Part shown: piece by piece, positions 1 through 7,830 of the stretch
Numbering within the stretch: the first letter of the stretch is position 1
Layout: each line of letters opens with the position of its first letter
Assembly: GCA_947259675.1 (NCBI GenBank)
Contig: CAMYNE010000001.1
Coordinates: forward strand, 2,245-39,074
Direction: 5' to 3'
Length of the DNA: 36,830 nucleotides
Source: an uncultured Pirellulaceae bacterium
GTDB taxonomy: Bacteria; Planctomycetota; Planctomycetia; Pirellulales; Pirellulaceae
Made by a program: the position numbers and the translations under genes
Notes under the pieces: model-generated
Databases searched by the model: none
What the model saw: the letters and a program-made list of their open reading frames with translations, nothing else
What the model was told of the DNA's origin: nothing

Positions 1-679
1 CCACGTTTCCACCAAAACAAATATCAATATCGCAGCCTTCTTTTCGTGGCCGACCTTGATAGTCCCCGTCGTAGACAAATCCTGCGTCAATTTTGAGATA
101 GGTGTTCGGCAATGGATTCGGATCGAGTTCACACTGCTTGATGTCAACTTCGTCAACACACAGAGTTCCCTGAGTCAAGTCAGGTAAGTTTACGTTAACC
201 AAACAACGCGAATCGGAACTGTGTTTCTTCAACAATTTGCCCAGTAATCGGTCTGCAAGTTGCTCGGCAGGCCCCCATTCAAAAGGCTGACTTTTTCGTC
301 GCTTATGATACTGGGAGAAAGCCACCGCGTTGACGCCCTGCAGCCATCCCTCGCGGGCAGCTGCTACGGTTCCCGAGACGTACGTATCTGCGCCCAGATT
401 CGCACCATGATTGATTCCTGACAAGACCCAATCAAAATCACGCTCCAACTGCGTCATTGCGATTCTCACACAATCTGCCGGCGTGCCATTTAAAGAATAC
501 GACCCGCTGGCTTGTTCAATCAGGACCAAGGGTCGTTCAAGCGTCAATTGATGGCTGATTCCAGATTGAGGGTCTTGGGGCGCAACGACCACGACTTCGC
601 CAAAGCGAGAGGTCACCCGTTCGAGCAACTTAAGTCCATTTGCGCCCCAACCGTCATCATTTGTCAAAAGAAATCTCAT
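1..679 (-). CDS. surE: 5'/3'-nucleotidase SurE (3' end runs off the window)
   Basis: Not in the ORF track. Manual translation from ATG at 679 gives MRFLLTNDDGWGANG..., and later WVLSGINHGANLGADTYVSGTVAAAREG. These are the SurE TNDDG, SGINxGxN and SGTVAAA motifs. Confidence 0.93.
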   Translation of the reverse strand, partial: MRFLLTNDDGWGANGLKLLERVTSRFGEVVVVAPQDPQSGISHQLTLERPLVLIEQASGSYSLNGTPADCVRIAMTQLERDFDWVLSGINHGANLGADTYVSGTVAAAREGWLQGVNAVAFSQYHKRRKSQPFEWGPAEQLADRLLGKLLKKHSSDSRCLVNVNLPDLTQGTLCVDEVDIKQCELDPNPLPNTYLKIDAGFVYDGDYQGRPRKEGCDIDICFGGNV

Positions 680-754
680 ACGCGCCTTGAAAGTTGATTT
701 CGCTTATCATGGATGCGATTACAGCATCCGTACCAGTCCGAATTTCACTTGAAC

Positions 755-2494
755 ATGAATCCATTCAAAGTCCTGACAACCTGCTATTTGATTCTATCCT
801 TTTCGGTCTTCCTTGATAAAGCGCGTTGCGACGAACCGGACGCACGACCCAATATCCTGATTATCATGTCCGATGATATGGGATACTCGGATATCGGCTG
901 TTATGGAAGCGAAATTCAGACCCCAGCGCTCAATCGACTTGCCGCGACTGGACTGCGATTCACCCAGTTTTATAACACCGCGCGCTGTTGTCCGACTCGA
1001 GCAAGCTTGCTGACCGGATTGTATCCTCATCAAGCAGGCATCGGTTGGATGATGGGTGATCAAGGACTGGACGGATACCGCGGCGAACTCAATCAAGAGT
1101 GTGTAACGATCGCAGAAGTACTCAGGGCGGGTGGTTATGCGACCTACATGGTCGGCAAATGGCATGTAACCAAACATGTCAATCCAAAGGACGAGACCGA
1201 AAAATTCAATTGGCCTCAGCAGAGAGGATTTGACCGATTTTATGGAATCATCAATGGCGCAAGTAGCTTGTGGGATCCAAATTCGCTGGTCCGAGGAAAT
1301 GAACTGATCACCTGTATGAACGATACTAAGTACCAACCCAGCGAGCCCTACCATTTCACCGACGCAGTTAGCGACAACGCCGCAATTTATATTCGCGAAC
1401 ACGATGGTCAAAGACCTTTTTTTATGTACGTGGCCTACACGGCTGCCCATTGGCCCATGCACGCACGCGAACGAGACATTGCAAAATATCACGGTCGATA
1501 CGATCAAGGCTATGGGCCGATCCGTGAAGCACGGTTGGCGAGTATGAAAGAACTGGGCGTGATCGCAAAAGACGCCGAGCTATCGCAGTGCGCCGGAAAT
1601 TGGGATTCCGTAAAAGACAAAAAATGGGAAGCCGCTTGCATGGAAGTCTATGCTGGCATGATCGATCAGATGGACCAGGGAATCGGTCGAATCGTCAAGG
1701 CTCTCGAAGACCGGGGACAACTTGATAATACCCTCATCATGTTTCTTCAGGACAATGGCGGGTGTGCAGAAGGAGGCGGACGCGATCCGAATCCGGAAAA
1801 GACTAAACCAAGGAGCGCAGGTCCAAGCTTGGATCCGATTCCAATCGACAAAGTGCACTACTTTGGAAGCGTGCCACCGCAAACCCGCGACGGTTGGCCC
1901 GTTCGACGTGGGCATGTCATGCCAGGACCCGCCGATACGTACATCGGTTACGGAAAAAACTGGGCTAACGTCTCCAATACTCCTTTTCGGGAATACAAAC
2001 ACTGGACGCACGAAGGCGGGATTTCAACTCCACTGATCGGTCATTGGCCAGACGGATTCACTAGCCGAAATGAACTACGCAATGAACCATCCCATTTGAT
2101 CGATTTGATGGCCACAAGTGTCGACGTTAGCGAGGTCGAATACCCTAGCCAATTTAATTCACGCGAAATCACACCGATGGAAGGCAAGAGCCTTTGGCCC
2201 GTGTTCCAAGGCGAGCCACTTGAGCGCGAGGCAATTTACTGGGAACACGAGGGTAATCGAGCCGTCAGAATGAGGGACTGGAAACTCGTCGCCAAAGGGA
2301 AAATGCGAGATCGGACCGAACCTGTGAAATGGGAACTCTACAACATTGCCAACGATCGTAGCGAACAAAACAACCTTGCTTCTACCTACCCGGACCGAGT
2401 CGAAAAAATGTCAACCATGTGGCAAAGTTACGCCGAACGCGCATCCGTATTTCCCAGTCCAAAACCAAAGCCAAAGAACAAGGCAAAAAAATAG
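755..2494 (+). CDS. Arylsulfatase (formylglycine-dependent, Cys-type), probably exported
   Basis: RPNILIIMSDDMG, the CxPxR signature ARCCPTRASLLTG, GKWH and FLQDNG motifs. A signal-peptide-like N-terminus follows ATG 755. The ORF is open from 713. Confidence 0.93.
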   Translation: MNPFKVLTTCYLILSFSVFLDKARCDEPDARPNILIIMSDDMGYSDIGCYGSEIQTPALNRLAATGLRFTQFYNTARCCPTRASLLTGLYPHQAGIGWMMGDQGLDGYRGELNQECVTIAEVLRAGGYATYMVGKWHVTKHVNPKDETEKFNWPQQRGFDRFYGIINGASSLWDPNSLVRGNELITCMNDTKYQPSEPYHFTDAVSDNAAIYIREHDGQRPFFMYVAYTAAHWPMHARERDIAKYHGRYDQGYGPIREARLASMKELGVIAKDAELSQCAGNWDSVKDKKWEAACMEVYAGMIDQMDQGIGRIVKALEDRGQLDNTLIMFLQDNGGCAEGGGRDPNPEKTKPRSAGPSLDPIPIDKVHYFGSVPPQTRDGWPVRRGHVMPGPADTYIGYGKNWANVSNTPFREYKHWTHEGGISTPLIGHWPDGFTSRNELRNEPSHLIDLMATSVDVSEVEYPSQFNSREITPMEGKSLWPVFQGEPLEREAIYWEHEGNRAVRMRDWKLVAKGKMRDRTEPVKWELYNIANDRSEQNNLASTYPDRVEKMSTMWQSYAERASVFPSPKPKPKNKAKK

Positions 2495-2563
2495 CGACGT
2501 GGCTTTGTCGTTCCCGTTTTTGAGGTTTAAGCACTACCTCGAATCGCCGTTAGGAAATTGGCA

Positions 2564-5098
2564 CTACTGTTTCGCCTCTTTCAGCAGAACCTGGTAAACC
2601 AATCCGTTCACCCATGTTCCCGGATTTATGTTGGGGGCAGAATCGATCACGCCGATTCCCAATTCAATGCTGGCTTTCGCATTGGCATCCTCGTTTTTTT
2701 GTTTGTAGGCAAGCGCGTCGACAACATGTGTTGAAGCCATCAAATAGGTTCGATGTTGTTTCTTTTCCGTGTCAACTACGTCTCGGCATCGAATATTCCA
2801 CTTCAATGTTTCGGCCAAGTTGCCCTTTCTCATTTCGGACATTGCTTTGCAAAAGAACATCCATTCGCGGTCGGGCGATGAGTCGTAACCGGAAACGATA
2901 TCTGCAAACTCATGAACCGTTTCAAGGTCCGAAACAAGATGGGGCTTGAGCAAGCAGACTTTAGCGATACGCTCAGCCACATTAGGACGGTAGGTATTTT
3001 CGAAATTGGATAACAGCCTGCGACACTGTTCCATGTAGTGTTCATCGTCGTCCAAATACGCATAGATGATTCCCAGTTGAAATCGATCGTACTGATCTTC
3101 ATCTTGAGCAAGTCTCTTTTCAAAATAATGGGCGGCCGTCTGCAATTCCTCGTCGGATTCCGCAAACATCGCAAACTTGCCAGCGTTGTCGATTTTGCCA
3201 CTCTCAATAAAATTCGCAAATACGAACAGATTGACAAGTAGGAACCCTCCAATCCGCCAGGCGGCTTTAAAGTCTTTCACCCCCCAGTAAAGTGCAAGCG
3301 ACAATGCTCCTAACGTAAGAAACTGATACCAAAATCCTGGTGATGTACCGATCGCGCCCGTCACGCTCTTGGTCAACAGTAGAAAAAACAGAGCTGAATA
3401 AATACCCAATTCGATCGATTTGCCAACAAACTCCCATCCGCGGCTGCCTCGCTGCCATATCAAACCTGCAAAGGTGCAAGAAAAAAAGAGCGGCAGGACT
3501 GCAAGACACAACGTCGTCCCAATCCCACTCCACATCCCTTTGGGAATCCCCAAAGCCTGATCGAGAATAATCTTCTGGAAAACAAGGCGACCTCGAGTAC
3601 GCTCGTTCATCATGTCCAAACCGGGATATCGCTGCATCAAGGCGCGTTGGGCAAGTTCGCGCTCCGCGGGACCCTCCATCCACAATGAATCCGAAATCAG
3701 TTCGATGTCCTGCCGACCTTCGTTGATGGCGTATTCAGTGATTGGCGACCAACCGAGACTCATCGTGTAAGCGACGATCCCGGCCAACAATGAGGCAGTA
3801 ATCGCCGCGACCATTCCAACTTCTCGGGATTTAGGTTTGATCAAACCAATTGTCCAGATACCGATTGCAACTGTTAGCCAAACCATGCAAATCGGCAAAA
3901 ACCCGAGCAACCAACGGGGAATGGCTTGGATCCATGAAAAATATTTCACCACCCAGGGTTGAGTCAAATCGCCCAGTTGGGCATAGGTTTGCTTGGTAAA
4001 TGCGAGTTGATTATCGATCATTACCATCAGGATGATCATTCCAATCATAAACCCACAAAGCACTCCACAGCCCAAGGACAGCGCGACGGTCCGGAAATTC
4101 TTGCGAATCCAGAAGCGTGCCAGATTGAGAGTGGAGGATGGTTTCACGCTCAGCGGTTCTCCATCCAACCAGGCCTGCAAATCATCCGCGAAAGCCGCGG
4201 CCGAAACATAGCGATTACTCGCCGATTTCTGCAGAGCCTTTTGACAAATCAAGTTCAGATCACGATCAGCTTCCGGCCGATGAACCCGTACACTCTCAGG
4301 TTCCTTATCGATGGTTTGCAGAATCACTTCCAGTTGGGTTTCACCCTTAAACGGTGGGCGTCCAGCAATTAACCAGTAAAGGATTGCTCCGAGTGCATAG
4401 ACATCGACGCCTGTGGTGAGGTCGGTTTTGCCCGCCGCCTGCTCTGGCGACATAAATCCGGGAGAGCCCATGACCAGGCCCGTTCGTGTGAGACCGCTTT
4501 TTTTTTGATCGTCCAGTTGCTTGGCCAGACCGAGGTCGGTGATCAAAGCCCGCCCATTTTCATCGACAAGAATGTTAGCGGGTTTGAGATCGCGATGAAG
4601 CACACCACGTTCGTGTGCGTGATGGACAGCGCGTGCAATTTCAATCATCAACACGACCGACTTTCGCGGGTCCGGTTGGTAGTCGTCCAGCCTGTCCGCT
4701 AGAGATTGGCCTTCGATCAGCTTCATCGAGAAAAAGTGATTTCCATTCGACTGGCCAATTTCATAAATCGGGACGATTCCAGGATGATCCAATCTGGCAG
4801 CCGATTCGGCTTCCAGTTCAAACCTGCGGACTTCTTCTTCGGATGCAAACTGGCCACCAAGTATCATTTTCAATGCGACCGTTCGATCCAGCTTTTTATG
4901 ACGAGCTTTGTAAACGACCCCCATTCCTCCGCGACCCAACTCCGCGAGCAAATGGTAGCCCTCCAAATCAGGCAGCCCGGATGTTGCCGATGATGTTGGC
5001 TTGGAGCTGGGTGCCACCGTAGCGTCAGGATTGTTGTCCGTTCCCGGAGAAAACGGTTGTTCCTGATCGTCGCTTTGAGAAAATGGGCCGCTCGACAT
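2564..5098 (-). CDS. Hanks-type Ser/Thr protein kinase with multi-pass membrane region and helical/TPR-like C-terminus
   Basis: LGRGGMGVVY, VALK, HRDLKPAN, DLG and GSPGFMSPEQ motifs, followed by several hydrophobic segments. Start at ATG 5098 (MSSGPF) is preferred over the 5161 ORF start. Confidence 0.9.
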   Translation of the reverse strand: MSSGPFSQSDDQEQPFSPGTDNNPDATVAPSSKPTSSATSGLPDLEGYHLLAELGRGGMGVVYKARHKKLDRTVALKMILGGQFASEEEVRRFELEAESAARLDHPGIVPIYEIGQSNGNHFFSMKLIEGQSLADRLDDYQPDPRKSVVLMIEIARAVHHAHERGVLHRDLKPANILVDENGRALITDLGLAKQLDDQKKSGLTRTGLVMGSPGFMSPEQAAGKTDLTTGVDVYALGAILYWLIAGRPPFKGETQLEVILQTIDKEPESVRVHRPEADRDLNLICQKALQKSASNRYVSAAAFADDLQAWLDGEPLSVKPSSTLNLARFWIRKNFRTVALSLGCGVLCGFMIGMIILMVMIDNQLAFTKQTYAQLGDLTQPWVVKYFSWIQAIPRWLLGFLPICMVWLTVAIGIWTIGLIKPKSREVGMVAAITASLLAGIVAYTMSLGWSPITEYAINEGRQDIELISDSLWMEGPAERELAQRALMQRYPGLDMMNERTRGRLVFQKIILDQALGIPKGMWSGIGTTLCLAVLPLFFSCTFAGLIWQRGSRGWEFVGKSIELGIYSALFFLLLTKSVTGAIGTSPGFWYQFLTLGALSLALYWGVKDFKAAWRIGGFLLVNLFVFANFIESGKIDNAGKFAMFAESDEELQTAAHYFEKRLAQDEDQYDRFQLGIIYAYLDDDEHYMEQCRRLLSNFENTYRPNVAERIAKVCLLKPHLVSDLETVHEFADIVSGYDSSPDREWMFFCKAMSEMRKGNLAETLKWNIRCRDVVDTEKKQHRTYLMASTHVVDALAYKQKNEDANAKASIELGIGVIDSAPNINPGTWVNGLVYQVLLKEAKQ

Positions 5099-5324
5099 AA
5101 TGATTAGAACGAATTCGTGGTCCTGATTAGATTCGCCAACACCGTCTATAATAACGGACAAACAGGATTCTTACCAAAGAAAGTCGATCACGTTTACTGG
5201 TTCTGTTTTTGAACCATTTATGAATGTGTTTTGTTTCATTTTCGGTTCCCTGTCGAAAAAGCTGGTGACGTGCCAGCCCAGGAACATCCCAATGAACCCG
5301 TGATGGTTCGAGATCTGAAGTCGA

Positions 5325-6197
5325 TTGATTTATCTTTTTCTTCAAGCCGTATTTTCCTCGCTGTTTGCACTTTGCATCAAGTGGGTCGGTAACCGGAACA
5401 ACCACGGTCGGAACGAAAACATTTTTGTAATCGGCGCGATTAACTACATCGTTGCTGGGCTTGTTGTTCTGCCAGTTTTCATTTATGCAGACCTTGCCGA
5501 ATTGTCGGCGGGCGCGATGTGGACGGGTGGCACCATGGGCACCATCTATTTCATTGCCTTTTTCTTTGTGATTTACGCAATCAAATGGGTCGGAGTATCC
5601 AGCACGACTGTGGTCGGCGTACTATCGATTCTGATGCCGATCACCTTTGCCGCCTTCTATTGGGATCTACAACCAAATTTGATTCAGATTGTCGGCATCG
5701 GACTCGCGTTGCTCGCATTAACGCTGATCGGCGGAAACAAAGGCGGCATGCGAAAAGCCAAACGCCCCTGGTTTGCACCGTTTGTTTTGTTGGGCTTCTT
5801 TTTACTTTGTGGTGGAAGTCGGCTATCTCAAGAAGCGTTCACGCATGTCAGCCTTCCCGAGCAGCGACCGACGTTTCTGTTGACGGCGTTTCTCGTTGCC
5901 TCATTGCCGTCAATTGCTTTACTCTGCTACTTACACGGCTACAAGCGACAAAAGCTGATGATGGTCGAACTCTGGTTTGGAATCGGGTTGGGGCTAACCA
6001 ACCTGCTGCAATCGTTTTTTATTTTGGTAGCGCTGAAGTATTTCCCCGGCTACATCGTTTTTCCAGTTACCAGCGCAGGAGGAATTCTGATAACGACGCT
6101 GGTCGCGACGAAGCTGCTGGAAGAGTCGTTACATCGACGAACGATCGTGGGAATCAGCGTGGCCATCGTCGCGTTGTTTATGCTGCACTGGAGCTAG
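5325..6197 (+). CDS. EamA/DMT-family transporter
   Basis: 290 aa with about 10 hydrophobic helices in two repeats; TTG start. Confidence 0.8.
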   Translation: MIYLFLQAVFSSLFALCIKWVGNRNNHGRNENIFVIGAINYIVAGLVVLPVFIYADLAELSAGAMWTGGTMGTIYFIAFFFVIYAIKWVGVSSTTVVGVLSILMPITFAAFYWDLQPNLIQIVGIGLALLALTLIGGNKGGMRKAKRPWFAPFVLLGFFLLCGGSRLSQEAFTHVSLPEQRPTFLLTAFLVASLPSIALLCYLHGYKRQKLMMVELWFGIGLGLTNLLQSFFILVALKYFPGYIVFPVTSAGGILITTLVATKLLEESLHRRTIVGISVAIVALFMLHWS

Positions 6198-6386
6198 CGT
6201 GCGCCTAGCCCGCATTTCTCACAGGCTGTAGGGTGGCGTCGAGAAAACGATGATACTGGCGGGTCTTCATTCGCTTTAGGTCATTTCGGCAAGAGTACAC
6301 TTTGTTATTTCAGACAATCGAGTTTGCGACGACCCACCAAGTCGTTGTGCGAATTCGACCCACCCTACTGGAGCTAACGTGCGCCT
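6187..6386. repeat. GTAG-type REP/REPIN-like inverted-repeat element flanked by a direct repeat
   Basis: GTAGGGTGGCGTCGA (6228-6242) is inverted to TCGACCCACCCTAC (6355-6368), with an internal CGACCCACC half-site (6330-6338). The direct repeat ACTGGAGCTA[G/A]CGTGCGCCT occurs at 6187-6206 and 6367-6386. The element lies between convergent genes. Confidence 0.7.
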
Positions 6387-6405
6387 GACAGGATTGCAGC
6401 AAACG

Positions 6406-7377
6406 TCATCCTGATGGTCGCCGCTTGCGATTCTTTGCCGCGTCCTTGTTGCGAACCTTGAATTTCGCTTTACGTTTTTCTTTTTTCGCCTTCTTTTTCG
6501 ATTCTTTCTCAGCGAGGGCGACGACCAGCTCCGCCCGTTCTTTTTCCATCATTTCGGGAGTTTCCAAAGTAATCTGCCCGAGCATTCCGGCGCGTAACTC
6601 GGTAAGAAAGATGCGCGAGATACGATCAAAGTCAACAACTCCGCTTTTGCCCAGACAACCACGCTTGCGACCGATTTTTTCCAGGAACTCAATTGGTTCA
6701 TCCGGGAGAATTTCCAGCTCGTAACGGGCTCTGATGCCGTCAGGATATTCCTTGATCAGGTAGCCCGCAGCAAAAAAAGCTACATCTCCGTAATCCATTG
6801 CGGTGTCTTTCACCGACCCGACGGTCGCCAGTCGAAGTCCGCTGTTTGGATTCTCGACGTTCGGCCAAAGAACGCCGGGTGTATCCATTAGCGTGATCCC
6901 GTCTCCGATATTGATTCGTTGTTGGCCTTTCGTAATTGCGGGCTCGTTGCCCGTTTTGGCGACGGTCCTCCCAGCCAGGATATTGATCAATGTCGATTTG
7001 CCAACATTTGGTATTCCAACGATCATCGTATTGATTGATTTCAAATCACCCTGTTTGGCCGGGAGCATTTGAACACAAACTTGATTGAGTTTGCGGATCG
7101 TTCCCGGGTCCTTTGTCGTTACCGAACGAGTCTTCACTCCCGGTAGCCGATCAAAGTAATGCATCCATTCTTTTGTGCGCACGGGGTCGGCAAGATCGCT
7201 TTTCGCGAACACTTTAAGTACGGGCTTGTCACCGCGCAATTCGGCGAGCATTGGATTTTCGCTGCTGTACGGAATCCGTGCATCGAGCACTTCAATAAAC
7301 AGATCGACGCGCGGCACCGCCTCTTTGATCTGCAAGCGGGCTTTGTGCATGTGCCCGGGAAACCATTGAATTTGCAT
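6406..7377 (-). CDS. rbgA: Ribosome biogenesis GTPase RbgA (YlqF)
   Basis: N-terminal IQWFPGHM, then EVLDARIP, G1 GIPNVGKST and G3 DTPG in circularly permuted order; Lys/Arg-rich tail. Confidence 0.95.
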   Translation of the reverse strand: MQIQWFPGHMHKARLQIKEAVPRVDLFIEVLDARIPYSSENPMLAELRGDKPVLKVFAKSDLADPVRTKEWMHYFDRLPGVKTRSVTTKDPGTIRKLNQVCVQMLPAKQGDLKSINTMIVGIPNVGKSTLINILAGRTVAKTGNEPAITKGQQRINIGDGITLMDTPGVLWPNVENPNSGLRLATVGSVKDTAMDYGDVAFFAAGYLIKEYPDGIRARYELEILPDEPIEFLEKIGRKRGCLGKSGVVDFDRISRIFLTELRAGMLGQITLETPEMMEKERAELVVALAEKESKKKAKKEKRKAKFKVRNKDAAKNRKRRPSG

Positions 7378-7507
7378 TGTTGCTCTCGATCACCGACGTT
7401 AGTTTGAGTCTGTCAAAATAAACGATCGGCGACACTTCGTTAAGCAACTCTTGTGCGTCGACGTGAAATTGTAAAGGAAAACACGCCTGCCAAAATCAAG
7501 CTCGTCG

Positions 7508-7523
7508 ACGGTTCGGGAACCGT
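7508..7523. promoter_or_regulatory. Palindrome upstream of rbgA (possible operator or hairpin)
   Basis: ACGGTTC-GG-GAACCGT, perfect 7-bp arms. Confidence 0.3.
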
Positions 7524-7614
7524 GAAAAATACGTTAGACCGTAAGTTAGAGCGCGTTTGCTTTAAGTTTGGCGTTTTTCGTCGGTTTCGCCCGGCAATCA
7601 GAGCGCCATGACCG

Positions 7615-7830
7615 CTATTCGTCCGTGCGACACGAACTAGTCAGGCCCGTGTTGCGGCTAATGATGTCGGATAATCGAGTATTCATGATCATGTCGACTT
7701 CAGATGGATTGAGGTTTTGGTCCCAAAAAAAGAAGTACCGGTCGCCTTCCATCAAGTCTGTAAATTGTTGGTCAAGCATTGTAGCAAGTAAACTGCCCAT
7801 CGCGGAATCAAATTGCTGATCCTCGGCAAA
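7615..7830 (-). pseudogene. C-terminal remnant of an animal-type heme peroxidase (peroxidase-cyclooxygenase superfamily)
   Basis: Translates as FAEDQQFDSAMGSLLATMLDQQFTDLMEGDRYFFFWDQ...IMNTRLSDIISRNTG. This matches the family C-terminal pattern (LAE...VGxLxxxIIxxQFxxLRxGDRF...IxxTxLSxIIxRNT). Only about 70 codons are present and the heme-binding core is absent. Confidence 0.72.

Noticed and set aside
512-697. 61-aa plus-strand ORF
   Set aside because: Antisense shadow of surE, which has clear motifs on the minus strand.
5162-5324. Three short hairpins upstream of the EamA gene as a possible guanidine-II or other riboswitch
   Set aside because: The loops lack the paired ACGR tetraloop pattern, the stems are only 5-6 bp, and the region is also a divergent promoter.
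5519-6208. 229-aa alternative-frame ORF inside the EamA gene
   Set aside because: Arg/Cys-rich composition typical of an off-frame reading of a hydrophobic gene; no motif.
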